The notes: generated from the sequence alone by a model not told the origin. A stretch of 24,000 nucleotides of DNA from Actinosynnema sp. NPDC091369 (GCA_044757065.1 JBIVUG010000002.1), one strand, 5' to 3'; positions 10,040 through 18,045 are shown, numbered from the stretch's first letter. Program-made: numbers and translations.

Positions 10040-11392
10040 TCAGCTCACCCGTGAGACGCTGATCGCGTATTCGGGCTGCGAGGGCACCGCCACGGGGACC
10101 GTCCGGGGCACCGTCGGGGTGCGGCGGTCGAGCACGGACCGGAGGATCTCCCCCACCCGCACGGAGGTGTTGGACAGCAACGACGACGAGATGCCGTGCG
10201 TGTGCTCGGTGCCGCCCTGGAGGTACAGGCCGGCGAGCAGGTCGTCGTCGGTGTCCAGGCGGTAGTCGCGGCCGACGCTGAGCCTGCCCTGCGCGTCCCG
10301 GGCGCAGCGCCCGGCCAGCTCGCCCAGCAGCGCGGTCGGGTCGGCCTCGCGGTAGCCGGTGGCGTAGACGATCGCGTCGGCGTCGAGCACCTCGCGCGCG
10401 CCGGTGGCCAACGACTCCACGGTGACCGCCACGCCGTCCGCGCGGTCGTCCAGCTCGGCCACGCGGGAGAGGTTGAGCAGCCGCAACCGCTGCCGCCCCA
10501 CCACCTTCTCCCGGTACACCCGCCGGTACAGCTCGGCGATCAGGTCCTGGTCGACCACCGCGTAGTTGGTGTTGCCGTGGTAGTCCATGAGCTTGCGCTT
10601 GACCGGCTCGGGCGCGGCGAAGTAGTCGTCCACGGCCGCCGGGTCGAAGATCCGGTTCGCGAACGGGCTGTCGTCGGCGGGGCTGTAGCCGTAGCGCGCG
10701 AACACCGCGCACACCTCGGCCGACGGGAACCGCTCGTGCAGGAACGCGGTGACCTCCGCGCCGCTCTGCCCGGCGCCGACCACGACCAGGCGGCGCGGGT
10801 CGGTCAGGGACTCGACGCGGTGCAGGAAGTCCCGGTTGTGCCACACGCGCTCGGAGGCGCGCACGCCCTCGGGCAGCGCCGGGCGCAGCCCGGTGGCCAG
10901 CACCAGGTTCCGGGCGCGGCGCACCTCCACCTCGCCCGCCGCCGTGGTCGACACGACGTCGAAGTGCGTGACCACGCCGTCCTTCACCACGGGCCGCACG
11001 TCCACCACGTCGTGGCCGTAGGACACCAGGTCGTCCACGCGCCCGGCGGCCCACTCGAAGTAGTCGTGGAACTCGACCCGCAGCGGGAACAGGTTCTTGT
11101 GGTTGATGAAGTCGACCAACCGGCCCTTGCCGTGCAGGTAGCTCAGGAACGTGAAGGTGCTGTTCGGGTTGCGCAGGGTCACCAGGTCCTTGAGGAACGA
11201 CACCTGCATGGTGGCGTCCTCGATCAGCATCCCGCGGTGCCAGCCGAACCGGGGCTGCCGTTCCAGGAAGTGGGCGGTCACCACGTCTTCGGCACGCGCG
11301 GTGGCGTTGTACTCGGTGACGGCGATCGCGAGGGCCAGGTTGGACGGCCCGAAGCCGACGCCGAGGACGTCGAAGACAGGTGGCTGTGGCAT
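10040..11392 (-). CDS. L-ornithine N5-monooxygenase (PvdA/SidA/CchB family flavin-dependent N-hydroxylase)
   Basis: 450-aa ORF. It has the FAD dinucleotide fold FDVLGVGFGPSNLALA, the NADPH motif VVVGAGQSGAEV and a family-typical C-terminal block (DAIVYATGY...LYLQGGTEHTHGISSSLLS). The ornithine assignment is supported by the hydroxyornithine code of NRPS A3. Confidence 0.92.
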   Translation of the reverse strand: MPQPPVFDVLGVGFGPSNLALAIAVTEYNATARAEDVVTAHFLERQPRFGWHRGMLIEDATMQVSFLKDLVTLRNPNSTFTFLSYLHGKGRLVDFINHKNLFPLRVEFHDYFEWAAGRVDDLVSYGHDVVDVRPVVKDGVVTHFDVVSTTAAGEVEVRRARNLVLATGLRPALPEGVRASERVWHNRDFLHRVESLTDPRRLVVVGAGQSGAEVTAFLHERFPSAEVCAVFARYGYSPADDSPFANRIFDPAAVDDYFAAPEPVKRKLMDYHGNTNYAVVDQDLIAELYRRVYREKVVGRQRLRLLNLSRVAELDDRADGVAVTVESLATGAREVLDADAIVYATGYREADPTALLGELAGRCARDAQGRLSVGRDYRLDTDDDLLAGLYLQGGTEHTHGISSSLLSNTSVRVGEILRSVLDRRTPTVPRTVPVAVPSQPEYAISVSRVS

Positions 11393-11428
11393 GGCTGTCC
11401 CATCGGTGCGACTACAGGGTGATCGAAC

Positions 11429-11447
11429 TTTGGTTACCCTAACCTAA
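11429..11447. promoter_or_regulatory. IdeR/DmdR-type iron box in the divergent promoter region, proximal to the monooxygenase gene
   Basis: TTTGGTTACCCTAACCTAA matches the consensus at 16/19. It lies 37 nt upstream of the ATG at 11392. Confidence 0.75.
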
Positions 11448-11481
11448 GTTGATCCTCCGCGGGAGTGATCCATGCCTCTCT

Positions 11482-11500
11482 TCTGATTAGGCTAGCCTCA
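11482..11500. promoter_or_regulatory. Second, weaker iron-box-like site in the divergent promoter region, proximal to the ABC genes
   Basis: TCTGATTAGGCTAGCCTCA matches the consensus at 14/19, with the core TTAGGCTAGCCT conserved. It lies 31 nt upstream of the likely GTG start at 11531. Confidence 0.5.
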
Positions 11501-11530
11501 CCTGACACAAAGTGGAAGGCGGACACCGGG

Positions 11531-13189
11531 GTGAAGACCGTCCTGAAGGACGCCGTCGTCGGGCAGTGGAGGTCGGTGACCACCGCTTCGGCGCTCGGCG
11601 CGGCGCACCAGGCGGGCGAGGCGGCCGTGCCGCTGCTCGTCGGCGTGGTGATCGACGAGGCGGTGCGCACCGGAGCCGGCGGGCGGCTGGTGCTCTGGAT
11701 CGGCGTGCTGGCCGCGGTGTTCGTGACGCTGTCGTTGAGCTTCCGCTTCTCCTTGCGCAGCGGTGAGAAGGCATCGCACCAGGCCGCGCACGAGGTGCGG
11801 TCCCGGCTCACCGCGCGAGTGCTGTCGACCGACGGCGGCGCGGCGCACGGCAGGCTGTCCGGGGAGCTGGCGAGCATCGCCACCAGCGACGCCCAGCGGG
11901 TCGGCCAGGTGAACCTGGCGCTGCCGATCGCGTTCTCCGCCGTGGTCGGCCTGCTGGTGGGCGCGGTGGCGCTGCTGCGCGTGTCGTGGGTGCTCGGACT
12001 GCTGGTCCTGGTCGCCGCGCCGGTGCTGCTCGGCCTGGCGCACGTGCTCGGCAAACCACTCGAACGGCGCAGCGACGCCGAGCAGGACCGGGCGGCGCTG
12101 GCGTCCGGGGTGGCGGCCGACCTGGTCGCCGGGCTGCGGGCGCTGAAGGGCATCGGCGCGGAGGTGACGGCGGCGCGCCGGTACCGCGTGACCAGCCGGT
12201 CGTCCAGGGCCGCCGCGATCCGGGCCGCCCGGTCGCGGGCCTGGCTGGACGGCTCGATGCTGGCCATGACCGGGGTGTTCCTGGCGGTGGTGGCGCTGGT
12301 CGGCGGGCACCTGGCCGCATCGGGCGCGATCACGGTCGGCGAGCTGGTGGCCGCGGTGGGGTTGGCGCAGTTCCTGCTGTGGCCGCTGTCGATCTTCTCC
12401 TGGGTCAACGGGCTGCTCGCGCAGGGCCGGGCGTCGGCCGCGCGGGTGGCCGAGGTGCTGGCCGCTCCCCCGGCCGTGCCGCCGGGTTCGGCGGCGTTGC
12501 CCGAGGTGGCCGGGCGGGTGCAGCTGGACGGCGTGGTGTCCGGGTCGTTGCGGGGCGTGTCGTTGACGGCGGCGCCCGGCGAGCTGCTCGGCGTGGTGGC
12601 GCGCGATCCGGCGGACGCGGTGTCGTTGCTGGCCGTGCTGGCGCGGGAGGTGGACCCGTCGGGCGGCGCGGTGACGCTGGACGGCGTGCCGCTGTCCACT
12701 GTGGAGGGTACGGCGCTGCGGTCGGCGGTGGTGGTGGCGGCGCACGACGCGGACCTGTTCGAGGGGTCGGTGCGGGAGAACGTCGCGGCCGGCGGCCCCC
12801 GGGTGGACGAGGCGATGGACGCGGCGCGGGTGGACGACGTGGCGCGGGCGCTGCCGGACGGGCTGGACACGGTGGTCTCCGCGCGCGGCCGGTCGCTGTC
12901 GGGCGGGCAGCGGCAACGGGTCGCGCTGGCCCGGGCGCTGGCCGCCGCTCCCCCGGTGCTCGTGGTGCACGACCCGACGACCGCGGTGGACGCGGTGACG
13001 GAGGTGGCGCTGGCGGCCGGGATCAAGCGGGTTCGGGCCGGGCTGACCACCGTCGTGGTCGCCACGAGCCCCGCCCTGCTGGCCGCGGCGGACCGGGTGG
13101 TGTTCCTGGCCGGTGGCGCGGTGGTCGCGGAGGGGACGCACGCGGAGCTGGTCGCCGATGACGACTACCGACTGGCGGTGTTGAGCTGA
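11531..13189 (+). CDS. ABC transporter, fused permease/ATPase (type I exporter fold), with a degenerate nucleotide-binding domain
   Basis: The track ORF is 11465-13189. I prefer the in-frame GTG at 11531 because it has a GGAAGG SD 11 nt upstream and the longer start would overlap an iron box. There are six hydrophobic segments followed by an NBD. The signature LSGGQRQRVALARAL is intact. Walker A is lost (GVVARDPADAVSLL), Walker B/catalytic Glu is altered (VLVVHDPTTAVD) and the H-loop His is absent (VVVATSPALL). The stop overlaps the next start (TGATG). Confidence 0.88.
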   Translation: MKTVLKDAVVGQWRSVTTASALGAAHQAGEAAVPLLVGVVIDEAVRTGAGGRLVLWIGVLAAVFVTLSLSFRFSLRSGEKASHQAAHEVRSRLTARVLSTDGGAAHGRLSGELASIATSDAQRVGQVNLALPIAFSAVVGLLVGAVALLRVSWVLGLLVLVAAPVLLGLAHVLGKPLERRSDAEQDRAALASGVAADLVAGLRALKGIGAEVTAARRYRVTSRSSRAAAIRAARSRAWLDGSMLAMTGVFLAVVALVGGHLAASGAITVGELVAAVGLAQFLLWPLSIFSWVNGLLAQGRASAARVAEVLAAPPAVPPGSAALPEVAGRVQLDGVVSGSLRGVSLTAAPGELLGVVARDPADAVSLLAVLAREVDPSGGAVTLDGVPLSTVEGTALRSAVVVAAHDADLFEGSVRENVAAGGPRVDEAMDAARVDDVARALPDGLDTVVSARGRSLSGGQRQRVALARALAAAPPVLVVHDPTTAVDAVTEVALAAGIKRVRAGLTTVVVATSPALLAAADRVVFLAGGAVVAEGTHAELVADDDYRLAVLS

Positions 13190-14913
13190 TGCGCGAGTTG
13201 TTGGCGACCGCGTCCGGCACGCGGACGTGGGCGGCGGTCGGGGAGCTCGTGCGACCGCGGCGGGCGTTGGCCTGGGGCGCGTCGCTCGTGCTGCTGGCCG
13301 GCACGGCGGTCGGGTTGCTCACCGCGCCCGTGCTCGGCCGGATCGTGGACCTGGTGGGCGCGGGGTCGTCCGCCATCACGTGGCTCGTGGTCGTGTTGGT
13401 GCTGGTCGCCGTCGCGCAGGGCGTGTCGACCGCGTTCGGCACGGCGCTGGTGGCGCGGCTCGGCGAGGGGATGCTCGCCGACCTGCGCGAGAAGTTCGTG
13501 GAACGGGCGCTGCACCTGCCCCTGGAACGGGTCGAGGAAGCGGGCGCGGGCGACCTCACCTCCCGCGTCACGCGGGACGTGCAGGTGATCGCGGACGCGG
13601 TGCGCAACGCGCTGCCGGTGATGGCGCGCTCGGCGTTGACCATCGGGTTGACCGTGGTCGGGATCGCGGTGCTGGACTGGCGGTTCCTGATCCCGGTGCT
13701 GCTGGCGCTGCCGATCCACGTGCACACCGTGCGCTGGTACGGCGGCCGTGCCGTGGAGCTGTACGCGGCACAGCGCGTGGCCGTGGGCGTGCAGCAGCAA
13801 CAACTGCTGGACTCGATCGGCGGCGCGGCGACCGTGCGGGCGTTCGGGCTGGCCGAGTCGCACGTCGACCGCGTCCGGTCCCGCTCGCGGGAGGCGGTGG
13901 ACCTGGCGCTGCGCGGCATCCGGCTGCTCACCCGGTTCTACGGACGCCTGAACGCGGCCGAGTTCATCGGGCTGGCCGGCGTGCTGGTGACCGGGTTCTG
14001 GCTGGTCGGCGCGGGCACCGCGTCGGTGGGCACGGCGACCGCCGCCGCCCTGTACTTCCACAGCCTGTTCAACCCGGTCAACGCCGCCCTCGCGCTGGCC
14101 GACGACGCCCAGGCCGCCACCGCCTCGCTGTCCCGGCTGGTCGGGGTGGCCGACGAGCCGATGCCCGTGCTCGAAGGGCGGGTGCGGCCCGACGACACGA
14201 CGATCAAGCTCGCCGGCGTCTCCTACTCCTACGTGGACGGCCACCCGGTGCTGCGGGACGTGGACCTCGAACTGGCCGCCGGTGAGCGGGTGGCGCTGGT
14301 CGGCGCGTCCGGCGCGGGCAAGACGACGTTGGCGAAGCTGATCGCGGGCGTGCACGAGCCGACCAGCGGCTGCATCAGCCTCGGCGGGGTGGAGCTGGGC
14401 GCGGCGGTCCGGTCGGTCGCGCTGATCACCCAGGAGGTGCACGTCTTCGCGGGTCCGCTGGCCGACGACCTGCGGCTGGCCCGCCCGGACGCCACCGACG
14501 CGGAGCTCACGGCGGCGCTGGACCGGGTGGGCGCGCTGGGGTGGGCCGAGGCGTTGCCGTCCGGCCTGGAGACCGTGGTCGGCGAGGGCGGGCACCGGTT
14601 GACCGTGGCGCAGGCCCAGCAGTTGGCGCTGGCCCGGCTGGTGCTGGCCGACCCGCCGGTGGCGATCCTGGACGAGGCGACCGCGGACGCGGGCAGCGCC
14701 GGCGCGCGGGAGCTGGAGGCGGCGGCGGCGCGGGCGCTGGACGGCCGGACCGGGTTGCTGGTGGCGCACCGGCTCACCCAGGCCGTGACGGCCGACCGCG
14801 TGGTCGTGCTGGAAGCGGGCCGGGTAGTGGAGAACGGGACGCACGAGGAACTGCTGGCCGCGGGCGGCCGGTACGCCGAGCTGTGGGCGGCCTGGTCGGG
14901 CACCCGCGCCTGA
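13189..14913 (+). CDS. ABC transporter, fused permease/ATPase, with a canonical nucleotide-binding domain but a degenerate signature motif
   Basis: 574-aa ORF. Walker A is GASGAGKTT, the Q-loop is ITQEVHVF, Walker B is VAILDEATADAG and the H-loop is LLVAHRLTQ. The signature is LTVAQAQQ instead of LSGGQ. It is translationally coupled to the upstream gene. Confidence 0.9.
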   Translation: MRELLATASGTRTWAAVGELVRPRRALAWGASLVLLAGTAVGLLTAPVLGRIVDLVGAGSSAITWLVVVLVLVAVAQGVSTAFGTALVARLGEGMLADLREKFVERALHLPLERVEEAGAGDLTSRVTRDVQVIADAVRNALPVMARSALTIGLTVVGIAVLDWRFLIPVLLALPIHVHTVRWYGGRAVELYAAQRVAVGVQQQQLLDSIGGAATVRAFGLAESHVDRVRSRSREAVDLALRGIRLLTRFYGRLNAAEFIGLAGVLVTGFWLVGAGTASVGTATAAALYFHSLFNPVNAALALADDAQAATASLSRLVGVADEPMPVLEGRVRPDDTTIKLAGVSYSYVDGHPVLRDVDLELAAGERVALVGASGAGKTTLAKLIAGVHEPTSGCISLGGVELGAAVRSVALITQEVHVFAGPLADDLRLARPDATDAELTAALDRVGALGWAEALPSGLETVVGEGGHRLTVAQAQQLALARLVLADPPVAILDEATADAGSAGARELEAAAARALDGRTGLLVAHRLTQAVTADRVVVLEAGRVVENGTHEELLAAGGRYAELWAAWSGTRA

Positions 14914-14962
14914 TGTCCCCCGAACGCCGTGTATCCAGCGGCCGGACGCGGGCCTCTACCTG

Positions 14963-15508
14963 GTGTTGGTCCCCCACCGCCACCACTGGAGCCCCGCCGT
15001 GACCAGTTCCGTCAAAGCCGACGCGACGAACACCGTGACCATCACGTACCACCTGACGCTGCCCGACGGCCACGTCATCGCGGGCACGAAGACGTGCACC
15101 AACCTCGACCGGCTCGACTGCCCCCAGTACTACTACCGCGAGGAGGACCGCAAGGACGAGCGGGGCAAGCCGGTCTACCTGCACATGTGGGACCCCGACA
15201 CCCAGCTGTTCGACTGGCTGGCGAACCAGGTGTTCGCGCACTGCCGCAACGACACGCAGACCTACACCGCCGCCGCCCGCCGGGCGGTCGGCCGGGTCGA
15301 CGTGGTCGACGACCAGGGCCCCTGCCACTCCTGCCGCGGCGTGCTGTCCCAGTTCCACCGCGAGTACCCGAACGTCGTCGTCAAGGTCGACTACGCCACC
15401 GGTGACGTGAACCGGCCGACGAAGCCCGCGGGCACGGGCAAGGGCGTCTACGGCTACGCGGAGGGCGCCGTGCACACCGGTCGCGGCTGGTGGACCAAGA
15501 CGCTGTGA
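14963..15508 (+). CDS. Small cytoplasmic protein of unknown function with a deaminase-fold-like helix plus PCxxC signature
   Basis: GC3 is very high throughout, so it is genuinely coding. An alternative and probably better start is GTG 14999, with a GGAG SD at 14988-14991. The sequence contains ...LHMWDPDTQLFDWLANQVFAHC...GRVDVVDDQGPCHSCRGVLSQFHREYPNVVVKVDY... No signal peptide or TM segment is present. Confidence 0.75.
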   Translation: MLVPHRHHWSPAVTSSVKADATNTVTITYHLTLPDGHVIAGTKTCTNLDRLDCPQYYYREEDRKDERGKPVYLHMWDPDTQLFDWLANQVFAHCRNDTQTYTAAARRAVGRVDVVDDQGPCHSCRGVLSQFHREYPNVVVKVDYATGDVNRPTKPAGTGKGVYGYAEGAVHTGRGWWTKTL

Positions 15509-15834
15509 ACGCGACTCCAACGAGAAGCCGCCATGACAACGATTCCGCCACCGTCACGCGCCCGCAACCGCAGGGAACCGCCGTGCACGGCCATGATCGT
15601 GTCCACAATGGTCAGTCCGAACCCGGCACCCGCGCCGGCCGCGGTCCGGTCGCGCCCACCCCGCCGGAACGGCTCGGTGAGCTCGGCCACCTCGTCGGCG
15701 GACAGCGGCGGACCGGTGTTCTCGACGCGCACGGCCCCGTCCGCGGCCGGCAGCACCCTCAGCACGGAGAACCTCTTGGGCGACAACCGGATCGGCACGC
15801 CGTCCCGGACCGAGCCCTGCCACCGCTCCAGCAC
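15454..15834 (-). pseudogene. Histidine-kinase fragment: only the distal HATPase_c part with G1/G2 boxes, truncated at both ends
   Basis: The translation contains AVRVENTGPPLSADEVAELTEPFRRGGRDRTAAGAGAGFGLTIVDTIMAVHGGSLRLRARDGGGIVV. No H-box, N-box or sensor region is present. An in-frame TGA lies 6 codons upstream of the first possible start. The last ~30 codons lose the GC3 bias and overlap the 3' end of the convergent gene 14963-15508. Confidence 0.7.
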
Positions 15835-15852
15835 GACGTCGACCGAACAGCC

Positions 15853-15887
15853 TCACCGACGCCCTCCCTGTCCGGAGGGGTCGGTGA
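15853..15887 (-). terminator. GC-rich hairpin downstream of the 49-aa ORF
   Basis: tcaccgacgccctcc / ggaggggtcggtga form a 14-bp stem with one bulged G and a 6-nt loop (ctgtcc). The U-tract is weak. Confidence 0.5.
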
Positions 15888-15923
15888 ACACCGGCCGACA
15901 TCAACAGGGCATGAACACCGGGC

Positions 15924-16073
15924 TCAGAACAGGACGATCAGCAGGATGATCCCGAGAACGACCGCGATCAGGGTCGGGATGGTCGCGGGCGACCTGCGGT
16001 AGTGGCTCTGCACCGAGGTGGTGCGGAACCAGCTGTACGGCACTCGGCGACGGTGTCGCTGAACCCAGGGCAT
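15924..16073 (-). CDS. Small tail-anchored membrane protein (49 aa), not in the supplied ORF track
   Basis: Hand translation gives MPWVQRHRRRVPYSWFRTTSVQSHYRRSPATIPTLIAVVLGIILLIVLF*. A GGGAG SD lies 6 nt upstream of the ATG (16073-16071). About 90 percent of third positions are G/C. The protein has a basic N-terminus and a single C-terminal TM helix. The overlapping listed ORF 15901-16110 is in another frame and looks like a shadow. Confidence 0.6.
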   Translation of the reverse strand: MPWVQRHRRRVPYSWFRTTSVQSHYRRSPATIPTLIAVVLGIILLIVLF

Positions 16074-16165
16074 TTCGGCTCCCAACGTCGTTTCGTCCCC
16101 CGACGATCACCAGGGAGATACCCGCGACGGTCCGCCGCTAAGCCCGGGAACGCCCCGGATGCCGA

Positions 16166-16198
16166 AAACGCCGGTGGCCGCGAGGGCCACCGGCGTTT
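16166..16198 (-). terminator. Rho-independent terminator after the MFS gene
   Basis: aaacgccggtggcc (16166-16179) and ggccaccggcgttt (16185-16198) form a perfect 14-bp stem with a 5-nt loop. On the minus-strand transcript the GC core is followed by UUUU. It lies 16 nt downstream of the MFS stop (16214). Confidence 0.8.
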
Positions 16199-16213
16199 CC
16201 GGGCGGAACGGGC

Positions 16214-17377
16214 TCAGGTCTGTTCGGCCACCGGCACGGGCCGGCGCAGGGCCAGCGCGTCCGGCACCAGGGTCAGCAGGCCCAGCACGCCGAGGGCCGC
16301 GCCGATCCACAGCGGGCCGCGCAGCCCCATGCCCCAGTCGATGCCGAGACCGCCGATCCACGACCCGACCATCACGCCGAGCATGATGCAGGCCGTGTGC
16401 ACGGAGTTGACCAGCATGTTGTTCTGCCCCACCCGCGCGCCGCGGGTCACCAGGGCCGGGTTCATCGACACGCCGGTCAGGCCGATCACCACCAGCGCGA
16501 CGACCGCGACCACGGCCGACTGGGCGAACAGCGCGAACAGCACCATCGCCGCCACGGCCACGACCAGGCCGACCACGAGCACCTGGATGGTGAACCGGTC
16601 GGCCAGCCGGCCCACCACGTTGTTGCCCACGATCGTCGCCACGCCGTAGACCACGAGCAGCACCGGCACGATCCCCGCCGAGAACCCGCTCAGCTCGGTC
16701 AGGATCGGCACGAAGTAGGTGAAGCCCGCGAACGTGGCGCCGATCAGCAGCAGGCTCGTCGCGTAGATGGCCCACAGCTTGCCGCTGCGGAAGATCGCGA
16801 GCTGGCCCGCCATCGGCATCGCCGGCGGGGCGGGCATCGCGGGCAGCGCCTTGACCAGCAGCAGGCCGACCGCCAGCGCGACCACCGCCACCGACAGGAA
16901 GCTGACCCGCCAGCCGAACCGCTCGCCGACGAACGTCGCCGCCGGCAGGCCGAGCACGGTGCCGAACATCAGCCCGCCCAGCACCAGCGACGACGCCCGC
17001 GCGAACTTCTCGCCGCCGACCAGCTCGGCGCACGCCGTCAGCGCCACGCCGAAGAACGCCGCCGCGGCGACCGCGGTGACCAGGCGGGCCACCACCATTG
17101 TCCCGTAGCCCTGCGCGACCGCGCCGAGCACCTGGCCCACCACGAAGACCGCGACGAGGCCGAGCAGCGCGGTCTTGCGCGACATCTTCAACAGCGCCAC
17201 GGTCAGCAGCGGTCCGCCGACCGCCATCGCGCCCGCGTAGACGGTCACGAGGTAGCCGACGGCCGCGAACGACACGTCGAACTCGGCGGACAGCGCGGGC
17301 ATCAGCCCCGACACCATGTACTCACTGGTGGTCAGGGCGAAGATGCCCAGGCCGAGGACGTAGACGGCTAGCGGCAT
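16214..17377 (-). CDS. MFS transporter (12-TMS, DHA1-like efflux pump)
   Basis: This is the real part of track ORF 16214-18097. It starts MPLAVYVLGLGIFALTTSEYMVSGLMPALSAEF... from the ATG at 17377, with a GGGAG SD. It is 387 aa and uniformly hydrophobic, with an MFS-type repeat organisation. The 240-aa N-terminal extension in the track overlaps clpP and is Arg/His/Gly junk. Confidence 0.9.
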   Translation of the reverse strand: MPLAVYVLGLGIFALTTSEYMVSGLMPALSAEFDVSFAAVGYLVTVYAGAMAVGGPLLTVALLKMSRKTALLGLVAVFVVGQVLGAVAQGYGTMVVARLVTAVAAAAFFGVALTACAELVGGEKFARASSLVLGGLMFGTVLGLPAATFVGERFGWRVSFLSVAVVALAVGLLLVKALPAMPAPPAMPMAGQLAIFRSGKLWAIYATSLLLIGATFAGFTYFVPILTELSGFSAGIVPVLLVVYGVATIVGNNVVGRLADRFTIQVLVVGLVVAVAAMVLFALFAQSAVVAVVALVVIGLTGVSMNPALVTRGARVGQNNMLVNSVHTACIMLGVMVGSWIGGLGIDWGMGLRGPLWIGAALGVLGLLTLVPDALALRRPVPVAEQT

Positions 17378-17439
17378 CGGTTCGGACTCCCGAAGAGGAT
17401 TGGACGGTCGAGCGACGCCGGCGACGGGCCGGCGGTGGG

Positions 17440-18045
17440 TCAGATGTTGGTGATGATCCGGTCGATGAAGCCGTACTCCAGGGCCTCCTCGGCGGTGAAC
17501 CACTTGTCGCGATCGGCGTCGCGCTCGATGGTCTCCACCGTCTGACCGGTCTGCTCCGCGGTGATCCGGGCCATCCGCTTCTTCATCTGCGTGAAGATCG
17601 TCGCCTGGATCTCGATGTCGGTCGCCGTGCCGCCGATGCCCGCGGACGGCTGGTGCATCAGCACCCGGGTGCTGGGCAGCACGAAGCGCTTGCCGCGCGT
17701 GCCCGACGAGAGCAGGAACTGCCCCATCGAGGCCACGAAGCCCAGGCCGATCGTGGAGACGTCGGGCTTGATGTGGTTCATCGTGTCGTAGATGGCCATG
17801 CCCGCCGTGACCGAACCGCCCGGCGAGTTGATGTACATCTGGATGTCGGCTTCTTCGTCCTCGGCCGCGAGCACCAGCAACTGCATGGTCAGCCGGTTCG
17901 CGACCTCGTCGTTGACCTCCGAGCCGAGCAGCACGATCCGAGACCGCAGCAGCTGCTCGTACAACGGGTCGTGCGTGATCGGAGCTTGCGTGTTCGAGCG
18001 GGCCATGATCGCTGCCGCGAGGTCCACCGTTCCCCCATGTTCCAT
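17440..18045 (-). CDS. clpP: ATP-dependent Clp protease proteolytic subunit, ClpP1-type, stand-alone copy
   Basis: The sequence ...RSNTQAPITHDPLYEQLLRSRIVLLGSEVNDEVANRL...YINSPGGSVTAGMAIYDTM... is a close match, from memory, to actinobacterial ClpP1. The catalytic Ser (GFVASMG), His (LMHQPS) and Asp (ERDADRDKWF) are present. An alternative start is the ATG at 18006 (MARSNTQ...). No clpP2, tig or clpX is adjacent. Confidence 0.95.
   Translation of the reverse strand: MEHGGTVDLAAAIMARSNTQAPITHDPLYEQLLRSRIVLLGSEVNDEVANRLTMQLLVLAAEDEEADIQMYINSPGGSVTAGMAIYDTMNHIKPDVSTIGLGFVASMGQFLLSSGTRGKRFVLPSTRVLMHQPSAGIGGTATDIEIQATIFTQMKKRMARITAEQTGQTVETIERDADRDKWFTAEEALEYGFIDRIITNI

Noticed and set aside
10020-14903. 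Large alternative-frame ORFs over the monooxygenase and ABC genes (10020-11054, 10196-11422, 11434-13065, 11498-13141, 11986-13161, 13023-13931, 13165-14844, 13227-14285, 14229-14903)
   Set aside because: They have low-complexity Arg/Gly/Ala/Pro composition and no recognisable motifs. Each overlaps a gene with clear family signatures and proper GC3 bias.
15533-15949. Plus-strand 138-aa ORF immediately downstream of the deaminase-like gene, considered as a possible immunity partner
   Set aside because: It is antisense to the histidine-kinase fragment, Ser/Pro/Thr/Arg-rich, has no SD and no codon bias. It is most likely non-coding.
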